From Longimicrobiales bacterium (GTDB taxonomy: Bacteria > Gemmatimonadota > Gemmatimonadetes > Longimicrobiales > Gaopeijiaceae): a DNA stretch of 64,000 nucleotides. The notes under the pieces are model-generated. The model searched no databases. It had not been told where the DNA came from and saw only the letters and a list, made by a program, of their open reading frames with translations. Location of the stretch: assembly GCA_965198065.1 (NCBI GenBank), contig CBDAON010000004.1, positions 768,001 through 832,000 of the forward strand. The letters are read 5' to 3'. Position 1 is the stretch's first letter. The number at the start of each line of letters is the position of its first letter. Of this stretch, positions 1 through 10,125 are shown in pieces. The position numbers and the translations under genes are program-made.

Positions 1-90
1 CGGCGGTAGGCCGGTGGGGCGGTACGGCGTGACGGAACCAGCGCTCACGGCAGGTCGCTCACCTTGGGTCCTTCGCGATGGATCACTCAA
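1..90 (-). CDS. N-terminal fragment of a gene running off the window, probably bifunctional riboflavin kinase/FAD synthetase (start at TTG 90 or GTG 48)
   Basis: Open minus-strand frame (MSDPSRRTQGERPAVSAGSVTPYRPTGLPP...) overlapping the truB stop. ribF commonly follows truB. No catalytic motif lies inside the window. Confidence 0.35.
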   Translation of the reverse strand, partial: MSDPSRRTQGERPAVSAGSVTPYRPTGLPP

Positions 91-991
91 GGGGGAAGAC
101 CTTCCGCGGGCGGATACGGTCGCCGTCCCGGACCGCGATGGCCACGAGTCGGTCTCCGACCGCGACGGCCACCTCCCCCTCGCCCCCCTCTTCCGGGGCG
201 CCGAGCTCACTCGGCGGGAGGGGCTGACCGGAGCGAAACCGGTGGAGCGCCTCGTCGGGCGGGTCCTGGATAATCGGAAGGTGCCGGACGGCCCCAAGCG
301 GCGGGATCCACGCGGAGCGAACGGCCGCGGGGTCTCCCAGCGCCTCGGGTGAAACCGCGCCCTGGACAGAGAACGGCCCGATCGAGACCCTGCGGAGCTC
401 GGTCAGATGGGCGCCCACGCCCAGCCACTCCCCCAGGTCACGCGCAATGGCCCGCACGTAGGTCCCCGCCGAGCACCGGAGGCGGAAGTCGATGAAGGGA
501 AGCGCGACGGTCTCGAGCGCGACCTCGTGGACCTGAACGGGAACGGGCTCGAGGGAGACGCTCTCGCCACGCCGCGCTCGCCGGTACGCCCGCTCTCCGT
601 CCACCTTCTTGGCCGAGAAGGTCGGGGGCACCTGGTCCGATTCGCCCAGGAACGACTCGAGCGTTGACTCGATCTCGTCCCGACCGAGAGTCCTCCAACC
701 GTCCGACGTGGCGAGCGCGTCCCCGTCGGGGTCCCCCGACGAGGTCCGAACGCCGAGCCGGGCCCGGGCGCGGTACTCCTTCGGTAGCTCGGACAAGTAC
801 TCGGCCAGCCGCGTGGACGGCCCCAGGCAAAGGAGGAGAAGACCGGAGGCGAACGGATCTAGCGTCCCCGTGTGGCCGACCTTTCGAAGCCTCAGTTCCC
901 TTCGGGCCCACGCCACCATGTCGTGGGACGTCGGGCCCGCGGACTTGTCCAGCCGGAGGAGCCCGTCGGAGGGAGCGGTGCCCCGGATCAT
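83..991 (-). CDS. truB: tRNA pseudouridine(55) synthase
   Basis: Motifs LDK..GPTSHD, KVGHTGTLDPFASG, PPTFSAKKVDGERAY, CSAGTYVR. Follows rbfA. Confidence 0.97.
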   Translation of the reverse strand: MIRGTAPSDGLLRLDKSAGPTSHDMVAWARRELRLRKVGHTGTLDPFASGLLLLCLGPSTRLAEYLSELPKEYRARARLGVRTSSGDPDGDALATSDGWRTLGRDEIESTLESFLGESDQVPPTFSAKKVDGERAYRRARRGESVSLEPVPVQVHEVALETVALPFIDFRLRCSAGTYVRAIARDLGEWLGVGAHLTELRRVSIGPFSVQGAVSPEALGDPAAVRSAWIPPLGAVRHLPIIQDPPDEALHRFRSGQPLPPSELGAPEEGGEGEVAVAVGDRLVAIAVRDGDRIRPRKVFPLE

Positions 992-1428
992 TCGGCGGGA
1001 TCCTCCTCACCACCGCGCCCCTTACCTTCGCCCCGGGGTGGGCCCCCATGGCGACCCGGCGCGGCGGCTCCCGAAGGGTCGTCCGCCCGCACGCCACGCA
1101 GGATCTCCTCGATCCGCCGGGCCTGGTCCAGCGTCCGATCCTCCTTGAACCGGAGCTCGGGCACCCGCCGAACCTTGAGTGTCCGTCCCAGCTCACGACG
1201 GATGAATGGGGCCGCCATGGCCAGCCCGTCCAGAAACGCCCGCTCTGCATCGTCGCCGAGCGTGGGGTCGGGGCGCACGTACACGCTCGCAACATCGAGG
1301 TCGGGAGTGACAGCCACGCCCGTCACGGTCGGCATCCCCACGCGGGGGTCCTGGACCTCCCGGTGGAGGATCCCCGAGATCTCCCGTTTCATCTGTTCGT
1401 TCAGGCGGGCGATTCGGCGGCTCGGCAT
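988..1428 (-). CDS. rbfA: 30S ribosome-binding factor A
   Basis: RIARLNEQMKREIS, DPRVG..TVTGV.VTPDL, RRVPELRF..D. Lies between infB and truB. Confidence 0.96.
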   Translation of the reverse strand: MPSRRIARLNEQMKREISGILHREVQDPRVGMPTVTGVAVTPDLDVASVYVRPDPTLGDDAERAFLDGLAMAAPFIRRELGRTLKVRRVPELRFKEDRTLDQARRIEEILRGVRADDPSGAAAPGRHGGPPRGEGKGRGGEEDPAE

Positions 1429-1452
1429 GGGCGACTCCGCATGGGCGGCACG

Positions 1453-1737
1453 TCAGATCCGATCTCGACGGGACTCCGTGACGAGCGCGCGACCGCTCTC
1501 GGTCACGAACCGATCGATCCTGTCCGCGAGCGACTCGGCCGTTTTACCGTCCGACGCGACGAGCGCCACGGTCAGCTGGGCCCGATCGTGGACGTCCTGG
1601 AACCCGGTCTCTGCAACGGACACGTGGAAGCCATGGCGAAGCCGGTCCCGGAGGGAGCGCACGGCCATCCGCTTCTCCTTCAGGGAACGGCTTCCGGGGA
1701 TCCTGAGCTGCCAAGTGAGGACCACGACCTTTGACAT
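1453..1737 (-). CDS. DUF503 (YlxP-like) family protein
   Basis: MSKVVVLTWQLRIPGSRSLKEKR...FHVSVAETGFQD; typical position between infB and rbfA. Start trimmed to ATG 1737. Confidence 0.88.
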   Translation of the reverse strand: MSKVVVLTWQLRIPGSRSLKEKRMAVRSLRDRLRHGFHVSVAETGFQDVHDRAQLTVALVASDGKTAESLADRIDRFVTESGRALVTESRRDRI

Positions 1738-1826
1738 GGCCGCCGGGGATCCGCCGCCGACTCCACGCGGGCGGGAGCGGCAGGCTGGGGACGGTGGTTG
1801 CGATCGGGCGTTCGAGCCGCTCGCTC

Positions 1827-4499
1827 TCAAGCCTTCGCGGCGGACGACCCGGCGAGAGTCCGAGCGATCTCTTCCACGACGTAACACTCGATGAGGTCCC
1901 CGACCTTCACGTCGTTGAAGTTCGCGATCGCGATGCCACACTCGAAGCCCTCACGCACCTCGCGCACGTCGTCCTTGAACCGCTTGAGCGAAGCGATGTC
2001 ACCGGTGTAGGCGACGCTCCCGTCCCGGATCAGGCGGACCTTGCCCTTCCGGTCGATCACGCCTTCCGAAACGTAGCAGCCCGCGATCGTGCCGAGCTTG
2101 GAGATCTTGAAGGTCTCGCGGACCTCCGCGGCGCCTAGGATCTTATCCCTGGCCTCCGGGGAGAGCATCCCTTCCATCGCCTTCGTGACGTCGTCCACCG
2201 CCTCGTAGATCACGTCGTAGAGGTGGATGTCGACGTCATCCTTCTCGGCGAGCAGCCGGGCGTTCGTGTCGGGGCGGACGCCGAAGCCGACGACGACCGC
2301 GCCCGCGGTCTCCGCGAGCAGGACGTCGGACTCGTTCACGGCCCCCACACCGCGATGGACGATCTCGACCTGCACTTCAGGCGTCGAGAGCTGCTCGAGC
2401 GAGTCCGCGAGGGCCTGGACGGAGCCGTCCACGTCTGCCTTCACCACGATCGAGAGAACGACCTCCTTGCTCTCCTTCATGTAATGGGCGAGGTCGCCCA
2501 GACGTACGCCCTTCTCCTTGATCCTGAGCTGCTTCTCCCGCTCGAGCCGCTGCCGGGTCTGCGCGATCTCCGCGGCCCGGTCCGAGTCCAAGACGTGGAG
2601 GGTGTCGCCGGCCTGGGGGACCCCCGCGGACCCGACGAGCTGCGCCGGAAGGCCGGGCGTAACCTCGGCGAGAGGCCTCCCGCGCTCGTCCAGGAGCGCC
2701 CGGATGCGGCCGTCGAACTTGCCGCACACGAATGGATCGCCGACCCGGAGGGTGCCTGCGAGGGCCAGGACGGTAACGACCGGGCCCTTCCCGACGTCGA
2801 GCCTGGCCTCGATCACGGTAGCCTTGGGGTCCGCTCCTGGGTTCGCGGTGACCTCGAGCACTTCGGCCTGGAGGAGAATCTTCTCCAGGAGGTCGTCGAT
2901 TCCCTTCCCCGTCTTCGCCGACACCTCGGCCACGAGCACGTCCCCGCCGAAGTCTTCCGCGGTCACGCCGTGCTGGAGGAGCGCCTGCTTCACGCGGCCC
3001 GGATTGGCTGTGGGCAGGTCGACCTTGTTCACGGCAACCACGAGAGGAACGCCGGCGTTCCTCGCGTGAGAGATGGCCTCGACCGTCTGCGGCATGACGG
3101 AGTCGTCGGCAGCCACGACGAGGACCACGATGTCTGTGACGTCGGCGCCGCGCGCGCGCATCGCGGTGAAGGCTGCGTGCCCCGGGGTGTCCAGGAACGA
3201 GATCCTGCGCCCATCCTCCAGCTCCAGGTGGTAGGCACCGATGTGCTGCGTGATCCCACCCGACTCACCCGCGACCACGTTGGTCTTCCGGATCGAGTCG
3301 AGGAGGAGCGTCTTCCCGTGGTCCACGTGCCCCATCACGGTCACCACCGGAGGCCTGGGGACAAGCTTGGACGGATCCTCCGCCCCCTCTTCCTCTTCGA
3401 TCTCCGCCGTGCCCGCGTAATCCTCCTCCCGTGCGGCCTTGAAGTTGAACTCGTCGAGTAAGAGCTCGAGCTGATCGAAGTCGAGCCGCTGGTTGATGGT
3501 CACCATGAGGCCCAGGTTCTTGAAAGCGGCCCCGACGAGCTCCGTGGAAGGGACCTGGATCAACTCGGACAGCTCGGCCACCGTCAGGAACTCGTTGACC
3601 CGGACGGTCTTCGACTCTTCTTCCCGGAGCTGTCGCTCTTCTTCCTCCTGGGCCTCCAGCTCCTCTCGAGTCGGCCCGGCGGCTCCCCTCTTCCTCTTCT
3701 TCTTCCCCCCTCCCTTCAGCTCAGCCATCACCCGACTGATGTTGTCCTGCACGGCGCCCTGGTCCACCCGCTGCCGCTTCTTCCCCTTCTTCTTGGACTT
3801 CTTACGCCCATCCGGGGTGAAGCCGTCCGCCTGGATGCGGACCTGACCCCCCGGGCCGGCGCTGGCTGCAGGAGTGAGCAGCGACGGAGACACGCCGAGC
3901 TCCGCGGGGTCGATCCGGAGCTGCCCGGGAGCGGGGAGGTTGGGTGGAGCGGCGGCGGCGGGGGCCGGCGGGCCCATGTCCGGCATCCGGAGCCGGCGCT
4001 TGGGCTTGGCATCGGAGCCCTCTCCCTCCGCCTCGATCGGGGGCTCGGCCTCCAGGGGGGCCTCGGCCGGCTCGCTCCCCCGGGCCTCGAGAGGCTCCAC
4101 CTTCTTCTGGCCTCTCGACTCTGCTTTCGGTCCCTCATCCTCCGCCTCCGCCTCGACCGCCGGGGCTTCCTCCGACCAGATCGTGGGTGTGGCGGATGGC
4201 TCCGGAACGGGCAGCAGCTCGGCCGCGACCAGGGGCTCCTCGGGAGGGATGTCCTCGGCCTTCCGGCGACGCGGCCGTCTCGTGGGAGCGTTCGACTCCT
4301 CGATGGCGGCCTGAAGCGCCTCGGAGGCGTCTTTCTTCCCGGACCTCCGCTCCCGCTCTACGCGGGCGAGCACGCGTGCAACGTCGGCCCCGCTCACCGG
4401 GGCTTTCCCGTCGGGCACGGGGATACCCATCGCCCGGAGGAGCGACAGCAGGTCCTCCGTCGAAACCTTCAGGTCTTCCGCAAGCTCAACGACCAGCAT
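1827..4499 (-). CDS. infB: Translation initiation factor IF-2
   Basis: GTPase motifs [28 protein letters not shown]-terminal [17 protein letters not shown]. Confidence 0.99.
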   Translation of the reverse strand: MLVVELAEDLKVSTEDLLSLLRAMGIPVPDGKAPVSGADVARVLARVERERRSGKKDASEALQAAIEESNAPTRRPRRRKAEDIPPEEPLVAAELLPVPEPSATPTIWSEEAPAVEAEAEDEGPKAESRGQKKVEPLEARGSEPAEAPLEAEPPIEAEGEGSDAKPKRRLRMPDMGPPAPAAAAPPNLPAPGQLRIDPAELGVSPSLLTPAASAGPGGQVRIQADGFTPDGRKKSKKKGKKRQRVDQGAVQDNISRVMAELKGGGKKKRKRGAAGPTREELEAQEEEERQLREEESKTVRVNEFLTVAELSELIQVPSTELVGAAFKNLGLMVTINQRLDFDQLELLLDEFNFKAAREEDYAGTAEIEEEEGAEDPSKLVPRPPVVTVMGHVDHGKTLLLDSIRKTNVVAGESGGITQHIGAYHLELEDGRRISFLDTPGHAAFTAMRARGADVTDIVVLVVAADDSVMPQTVEAISHARNAGVPLVVAVNKVDLPTANPGRVKQALLQHGVTAEDFGGDVLVAEVSAKTGKGIDDLLEKILLQAEVLEVTANPGADPKATVIEARLDVGKGPVVTVLALAGTLRVGDPFVCGKFDGRIRALLDERGRPLAEVTPGLPAQLVGSAGVPQAGDTLHVLDSDRAAEIAQTRQRLEREKQLRIKEKGVRLGDLAHYMKESKEVVLSIVVKADVDGSVQALADSLEQLSTPEVQVEIVHRGVGAVNESDVLLAETAGAVVVGFGVRPDTNARLLAEKDDVDIHLYDVIYEAVDDVTKAMEGMLSPEARDKILGAAEVRETFKISKLGTIAGCYVSEGVIDRKGKVRLIRDGSVAYTGDIASLKRFKDDVREVREGFECGIAIANFNDVKVGDLIECYVVEEIARTLAGSSAAKA

Positions 4500-4884
4500 T
4501 GCCCTTCAGTTCCTCCCGCTCCTCGCCGGGGCCCGCCTCCCCACCTTCCCACGGAGGAGGCTCCGCGGGAAGACCCCGGAGGAGCTGCTCTGCAAACGCT
4601 CCTGCCATGACCCCTACTACGGAAAGCGGCCCGGCTCCGACCGCCCTCCCCATCGATGTCCTGTCGGAGACCCACCGCACGGGGATTCCCCCGCCGAGCG
4701 CGAGCCCCCGGACCTTGTCCAGTTGCTTTTGTGACGCGTCGGCAGCCAGGAGGACAAGCCGGACCCGACCGGAGCCCAGGGAACGTCTCGTTCCCTCGAC
4801 CCCGAGGGCGAGCGCTCCTGCCCGACGGGCGAGCCCGAGGAGACCGAGAAGCTCAGGTCCCCGCGGGCTCTTCTCCCTCTCCAC
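4486..4884 (-). CDS. L7Ae/YlxQ family RNA-binding protein (start uncertain)
   Basis: LLGLARRAGALALG...LVLLAADAS...MGRAVG; lies between nusA and infB. Confidence 0.88.
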   Translation of the reverse strand: MEREKSPRGPELLGLLGLARRAGALALGVEGTRRSLGSGRVRLVLLAADASQKQLDKVRGLALGGGIPVRWVSDRTSMGRAVGAGPLSVVGVMAGAFAEQLLRGLPAEPPPWEGGEAGPGEEREELKGNAGR

Positions 4885-6343
4885 CAGCCTCTCCCTTCCC
4901 TGCCACCTCGACGCTCCCGGAGGCTTCTCGGGCCTGCGCCTCCTCGGTCCCGGAGCCCGGTGCGTCCGGCTCGATCCCGGCGGGAAGCTCGACGCCTTCC
5001 GCCTCCGGCTGGATCCCGGCGGGAAGCTCCACGCCTTCCGCCTCCGGCTCGTCCAAGACCGTGAGCTCGTCGATGATCCCCACCAGCTGGGCCACCCCCG
5101 CCTCGGGCAACCCCTCGATCCTGCGGAAGTCGTCTTCGCCGAGGTCGATGATCTCCAGAAATGTACTATATCCGGACCCTTCCAGGGCCGCCAGAGCGCC
5201 TTCCGTGAGCTCGAGTTCGGAGAGCGGGAAGTCTGCAGTCTCTAGGGTCTCCTCCTCCTCGCGACCACCGAACAGGGCCGCGTGGGCCCCTCGCTCCAGC
5301 CATTCCCGCGACCCGTAGAGGTCGATCTGCCACCCGATCAGCTGGGACGCGAGCCGCACGTTCTGTCCGTTCCGGCCGATCGCGAGCGAGAGCTGATCCT
5401 CGTCCACGATGGCCGTGATCACCTGCCTCTCGGAGTCCGAGATCACCTTCGACACCCGCGCGGGCGCGAGCGCCCGTCGGGCGAAGACCTCGGGATCGGG
5501 ATGCCAGGGCACGATGTCGATCCGCTCCCCGCCCAGCTCCGACACGACGGCCTGGACCCTGGACCCCTTGAGCCCCACGCAGGCGCCGACTGGATCGATC
5601 GACTCGTCCCGGGACCAGACCGCGATCTTCGTGCGACCCCCGACCTCCCGGGCGCGCGCTCGGATCTCCACAATCCCCTGGAAGATCTCCGGGACCTCGA
5701 GACGGAACAGCGCCTCGACAAAGAGGGGATCACCCCTGGAGAGGATCAGTCGCGGGCCCTTGGGAGTCTCCTCCACCTTCTTCAGGACGGCCCGGATGGG
5801 ATCTCCCTGACGGAAGCGCTCCCTGGGGTTCTGATCCTTCCACGGGATGATCGCCTCGGCGTCTCTCGCGAGGTTGATCATCACGACGATCTTTCCACGC
5901 TCGACCTGCTGGACCTCGCCCGAGAGCAGCTCCCCAACGCGGTGCGCGAACTCCTCCCGAATCCGGTCTCGCTCGCCCTCGCGCACCCGCTGGACGATCC
6001 GCTGCTTGGTCGCCATGACCGCGTTCCGTCCGAACTCGGAGAAGTTCACGGGAATCTCCATGACGTCTCCGATCTCGAAGCCGGGATCGTCCCAGCGGGC
6101 CTTCTCGAGCGAGATCTCGGCCGACAGGTCCTCCACGGTCTCCACCACTCGCTTCAGCACGATGATGTCGATCTCTCCCGTGTCTTCCTCGATCGTGATC
6201 TCCGCACGCACGTTCGTCCCGAAGATCCGGGCGAGACCCGCGAGGATCCCGTCCTTGATCAGATCGTTCATCTCCTGGGCGGAGAGGCTCTTCGTGGCCG
6301 CCATGTCCCGGATGGCGGCAACTATCTGTCCAGCGTTCGCCAT
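4853..6343 (-). CDS. nusA: Transcription termination/antitermination factor NusA
   Basis: FGRNAVMATKQ, S1 domain, RTKIAV, DPVGACVGLKGSRV, LSLAIGRNGQNVRLAS, acidic tail. Confidence 0.98.
   Translation of the reverse strand: MANAGQIVAAIRDMAATKSLSAQEMNDLIKDGILAGLARIFGTNVRAEITIEEDTGEIDIIVLKRVVETVEDLSAEISLEKARWDDPGFEIGDVMEIPVNFSEFGRNAVMATKQRIVQRVREGERDRIREEFAHRVGELLSGEVQQVERGKIVVMINLARDAEAIIPWKDQNPRERFRQGDPIRAVLKKVEETPKGPRLILSRGDPLFVEALFRLEVPEIFQGIVEIRARAREVGGRTKIAVWSRDESIDPVGACVGLKGSRVQAVVSELGGERIDIVPWHPDPEVFARRALAPARVSKVISDSERQVITAIVDEDQLSLAIGRNGQNVRLASQLIGWQIDLYGSREWLERGAHAALFGGREEEETLETADFPLSELELTEGALAALEGSGYSTFLEIIDLGEDDFRRIEGLPEAGVAQLVGIIDELTVLDEPEAEGVELPAGIQPEAEGVELPAGIEPDAPGSGTEEAQAREASGSVEVAGKGEAGGEGEEPAGT
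4965..5051. repeat. In-frame 39-bp tandem duplication (2 copies plus a partial) in the nusA tail
   Basis: Units 4965-5003 and 5004-5042 differ at 2 of 39 nt and encode (E/Q)PEAEGVELPAGI twice. Confidence 0.9.
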
Positions 6344-6395
6344 GGCTCTCCCCTGAACCGACTCCTCCCGAATCCCTCGTCTGCCCTCGCCCGTC

Positions 6396-6899
6396 TCAGT
6401 GCTCCTCGTCCCAGCGGAAGACCAGGTTGGCCCCGACGATCTCCTCCCGGCACACCCGGACCTCCGAGCCGTCCGGGAGATCCACTACGACCCCGTACCC
6501 GTGGTCGTCCCCGTCCACCCGCGACAGGATCCCGGTAAACGTGCTCGTGCCGCGCCCCCCGGTACCGCCAGTCCTCCTGATGCGCACCTCCCGCCCCACG
6601 AACCGCTCGTAATCGCGCCGGCGCTTGAGGGGCCGCTCGACGCCCGGAGACGACACCTCCAGCACGTAGCGCTCCGGGACGGCCGGGTGCTGGTCCAGCC
6701 ATCGCTCGAGCTCACGGCTCACCCGCGCGCAGTCGCCTACCGTTATTCCCGCGCCGGGCTTCGAGTCCGTCCAGTCGACTCGAAGCCGCATGATCGGTCG
6801 GGCACCGCTCCCGGCCCACTCGAGGTTCACCAGCTCCAGGCCCAGCGCCTCCACCCTCGACTCGAGGTCCCCTTCGATCTCCCTGATCGGCGCTACCAC
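6396..6899 (-). CDS. rimP: Ribosome maturation factor RimP
   Basis: GITVGDCARVSRELE, YVLEVSSPGVERPL, YERFVG. Start set at GTG 6899 with GGAG upstream. Confidence 0.95.
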   Translation of the reverse strand: MVAPIREIEGDLESRVEALGLELVNLEWAGSGARPIMRLRVDWTDSKPGAGITVGDCARVSRELERWLDQHPAVPERYVLEVSSPGVERPLKRRRDYERFVGREVRIRRTGGTGGRGTSTFTGILSRVDGDDHGYGVVVDLPDGSEVRVCREEIVGANLVFRWDEEH

Positions 6900-6958
6900 C
6901 CCTCTGCTCCTCTGTTCCTTCCCGCCCTCCCCCACGTCCCGCGCATCGGCGACGGAGC

Positions 6959-6991
6959 AAAAAAAAGCGGGGGCAACCCACTCCCCCACTC
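6959..6991 (-). terminator. rimP leader hairpin with U-tract (attenuator-like intrinsic terminator)
   Basis: Minus strand reads GAGTGGGGG-AGTGGGTTG-CCCCCGC-TTTTTTTT, between the predicted promoter and the rimP start. Confidence 0.7.
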
Positions 6992-7030
6992 GAACAAGAC
7001 TGCCGGAAAGGCAGACTTTACCTGACTTCT

Positions 7031-7059
7031 ATCATAGACAATTCGCCTCGCCGGCTCAA
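7031..7059 (-). promoter_or_regulatory. Sigma70-type promoter for the rimP-nusA-infB operon
   Basis: TTGAGC (7059-7054), 17-nt spacer, TATGAT (7036-7031), in an AT-richer patch. Confidence 0.6.
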
Positions 7060-8342
7060 GCCCCGTCCACGCGTTGGATCTCCGCACCAACGCCCCGCAG
7101 GCGGTCGTCGATGCGCTCGTACCCACGCTCGATCTGCCCGATGTTGTGGATCGTGCTGGTCCCCCGCGCAGCGAGAGCGGCAAGGAGGAGCGCCATCCCC
7201 GCTCGGATGTCCGGGCTCTCGACGGCGCCCCCGCGAAGGCGGGCCGGCCCTACGACGACGGCCCGGTGCGGATCGCAAAGGATGATCTGGGCGCCCATGC
7301 CGACGAGCTTGTCCGTGAAGTACATTCGCGACTCAAACATCTTCTCGTGGATGAGGATCGTTCCGCGGCACTGCGTCGCCGTGACCAGCGCGATCGGCGT
7401 CAGGTCAGCGGGAAACGCGGGCCACGGCCCGTCGTCCATCTTCGGAATGTGGCCGAAGTGGTCCGCCCGGATCTCGCGGTCCCGGTCGCCGAGGACCACC
7501 AGGTCCGTCCCTTCGACTTCGCAGGTCACGCCCAGCTTCTCGAAGGCGAGGAGCGTCGAGTCGAGATGCTGGAGGGGCGCCCCCTCCACCCGAATGACGC
7601 TCCCGGTAGCGGCGGCGAGCCCGATGAACGACCCCACTTCGATGTGATCCGGCTGGATCGGGAAGGTCGCACCGGCCAGGCTCTTCACCCCTTCGATCTC
7701 GAGCACGTGCATCCCAACCCCGGAGATGCGCGCACCCATTCGCTGAAGGAGCCCGCAGAGGTCCTGCACGTGCGGCTCGGCGGCCGCGTTCCGGATCAGC
7801 GTGCTTCCCCGGGCCAGCACGGCCGCCATGACGGCGTTCTCCGTGGCCGTGACCGATGGCTCATCCAAGAAGATGTCACCGCCCCGGAGCTCCGGGGCAT
7901 GCACCTCGAAGCCCTCCTTTTCGAACGACGTCTCAGCCCCCAGCTTTTGAAACGCCAGGAAGTGGGTATCAAGACGCCGCCGCCCGATCACGTCCCCGCC
8001 GGGAGGGGGAAGGCTCACGCGTCCCACCCGCGCGAGGAGCGGACCGGCCAGGAGGATCGAGGCCCGGATCCTCCGGGCGAGCTCTGGATGGAGGCCCGCG
8101 GTCGGTACGTCGCGCGCCTGGATGCGTACGGTTCCGGGCGCCGGCCAGTCCACGGCGGCGCCGAGGGATCCGATGATCTCGAGGAGCGTTTCCACGTCCC
8201 GGATTCGGGGAACGTTCTCCAAGACGACCGGCTCGGCCGTGAGGAGGGCCGCCGCCATGCAGGGGAGGGCCGCGTTCTTGTTTCCGGAGGGCCGTAGCGC
8301 GCCCGACAGGGGGCGCCCCCCCTCCACGACAAAGGAAGACAT
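7056..8342 (-). CDS. murA: UDP-N-acetylglucosamine 1-carboxyvinyltransferase (Asp-type active site)
   Basis: SGNKNAALP, RASILLAGPLL, PGGDVIGRRRLDTH (Asp where E. coli has Cys115), PSVTATEN, DIRAG, IERGYE. Confidence 0.97.
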   Translation of the reverse strand: MSSFVVEGGRPLSGALRPSGNKNAALPCMAAALLTAEPVVLENVPRIRDVETLLEIIGSLGAAVDWPAPGTVRIQARDVPTAGLHPELARRIRASILLAGPLLARVGRVSLPPPGGDVIGRRRLDTHFLAFQKLGAETSFEKEGFEVHAPELRGGDIFLDEPSVTATENAVMAAVLARGSTLIRNAAAEPHVQDLCGLLQRMGARISGVGMHVLEIEGVKSLAGATFPIQPDHIEVGSFIGLAAATGSVIRVEGAPLQHLDSTLLAFEKLGVTCEVEGTDLVVLGDRDREIRADHFGHIPKMDDGPWPAFPADLTPIALVTATQCRGTILIHEKMFESRMYFTDKLVGMGAQIILCDPHRAVVVGPARLRGGAVESPDIRAGMALLLAALAARGTSTIHNIGQIERGYERIDDRLRGVGAEIQRVDGA

Positions 8343-8435
8343 GGGGCGCAGAACTTACCTCAGGGGTTCGGTCACTACAACGGGGAGCGGCCGCCCCAGT
8401 GGATCGACGCGGCGTCCGCCGGTTATTGTCCTTGT

Positions 8436-9089
8436 ATGACGCTCGGTACGACGCTCGCACCCATGCAGGGACTGGCCCCGGCCGATACAGTGGCCACGGT
8501 GGCGGCACGAGACACGATCGACTGGATCGTAGCCGCGGCCGCGGGCTCCGTGGTCCTCCTGACGCTGCTCCTCCTCGTCACGGTCGTCTTCGTGTTCGTC
8601 CAGGCCCGACAGGCGCGACGCGGGCTCGCCGAGGTGAGCCGGAAGCTGTCCGGGGATCCGGCCATGGAGAGCCTGCGCCGCGCAGCCGAGAACGTGGCCC
8701 GGGTCTCCGATGCCGTGCGGGACGAGGTCGAGCGATTCTCCGGCTCCGTCGCTCGGCTCTCCGATCAGCTCGAGCGGGCGTCGGCTAGGATCGAGGAGCG
8801 GATCGACGAGTTCAACGCCCTTCTCAAGGTCGTTCAGCGGGAGGCCGAGCAGGCCTTCGTGGAGGGGGCGTCCAAGGCGCGTGGCGTGCAGGCGGGGCTC
8901 GGCGCCCTGAGGAGCGACCCCGCCGACCGCGGTTCAGGAGCCCGGCAGACAGACGGCTCCAGCGACGGGGGGCGAGCCCCCCTCGGCCGGGAGGGGGAAC
9001 GCCCGCACGACGCCCATCCGGACGATTCCCAGATCGGAGACCCCGGCGGCGAGGCGCGAGAGGAAGCTCGCTCGGAGGAGGACGTGTGA
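8436..9089 (+). CDS. Single-TM membrane protein with a coiled coil (DUF948-like)
   Basis: One hydrophobic helix followed by a heptad-rich helical region; start at 8436 or 8463. Confidence 0.6.
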   Translation: MTLGTTLAPMQGLAPADTVATVAARDTIDWIVAAAAGSVVLLTLLLLVTVVFVFVQARQARRGLAEVSRKLSGDPAMESLRRAAENVARVSDAVRDEVERFSGSVARLSDQLERASARIEERIDEFNALLKVVQREAEQAFVEGASKARGVQAGLGALRSDPADRGSGARQTDGSSDGGRAPLGREGERPHDAHPDDSQIGDPGGEAREEARSEEDV

Positions 9090-9093
9090 CCGC

Positions 9094-10104
9094 GTGGGGG
9101 GGGCCCTGAGGGCGGTCGGGCGGCGTCCCGGGGAGGCGCTCGCGCGTTCCCTCCTACTCTCTCTGGCCACGGCGATCGTCTGGCTCCTGATCGCTCCGTC
9201 GGAATTGCTCGCGTGGGGGCCGGCCACACACGTCGCGATCGGCGAGGCGGTTCTCGCGTCGCTCCATCTCCTTTCCCCCGCCGTCCGCGTCCTTCTCGAC
9301 CGACACCGGCTCGCCTTCCTCTACGGGTCGGTGGCAGCGGACATCTCGTTCGCGAAGAAGTACGCCGCGGTGGGGCGCCACTCCCATCACTGGCACATCG
9401 GACATGAGATCCTGGAGAGCGCCGACTCGGAGTTCCTGCGCGCGGTAGCTCTCGGCTACCTGTCCCATCTCGCCGCCGACACGATCGCCCACAACTTCTT
9501 CGTTCCGAGGCGGCTCCTCCTCACCAGCACGTCCCACACGGTCGGGCACACGTACTGGGAGCACCGGATGGACGTCCATCTCGGGAAGCGCTTCGGGGGA
9601 AAGGCTCGCAAGATCGTCCTCTTCAACGACCACTCCAAGGCGGACGAGCTCTTCGACCGCGTGCTCTCGCGGACGCTCTTCTCGTTCCGGACAAACCGCC
9701 GGATCTTCCGCGGCATGATCGCCTTCCAGGACGACGAGCGCTGGCAGCAGATCTTCGAAGAGATCCTCCGTCGCTCGCGATTCGACCTGCCGAGAGAGTA
9801 CAGGGATCGCTACATCCGGCTGTCGTACGATTTCGTGATGGAGTTTCTCGCCGACGGAGCGAGGGCCCGCGCCATGTCGCTGGACCCCATCGGGACGGAG
9901 CACCTGAGGCTCGCGAAGGTTATCCGGAGGGAGGTCCGGTTCGCCCCCGGAGGCCTGGATCCGGTGGCGATCGAGGCGCTCGCCGAGCGACACTTCGCCC
10001 TCCCCCCCGAGCCCCTGATCTACGTTCCTCGCGCGCCCAATGGAATCGCGGTGCCCGGGCTGCGCCGCGGGGAGGCGGCGGTTTCGGACGGGCGCGCCGG
10101 CTGA
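9094..10104 (+). CDS. Zinc-dependent phospholipase C / P1-nuclease fold protein, probably exported
   Basis: Hydrophobic leader ending ELLA|WGPATH (mature N-terminal Trp plus His), GSVAAD, GYLSHLAADTIAHN, HTYWE. Confidence 0.8.
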   Translation: MGGALRAVGRRPGEALARSLLLSLATAIVWLLIAPSELLAWGPATHVAIGEAVLASLHLLSPAVRVLLDRHRLAFLYGSVAADISFAKKYAAVGRHSHHWHIGHEILESADSEFLRAVALGYLSHLAADTIAHNFFVPRRLLLTSTSHTVGHTYWEHRMDVHLGKRFGGKARKIVLFNDHSKADELFDRVLSRTLFSFRTNRRIFRGMIAFQDDERWQQIFEEILRRSRFDLPREYRDRYIRLSYDFVMEFLADGARARAMSLDPIGTEHLRLAKVIRREVRFAPGGLDPVAIEALAERHFALPPEPLIYVPRAPNGIAVPGLRRGEAAVSDGRAG

Positions 10105-10125
10105 ACCTTCGGGCGCCGCCGCCTC

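Noticed and set aside
4965..5051. Repeats considered as a CRISPR array
   Set aside because: In-frame coding duplication with no spacers, and no cas genes in the window.
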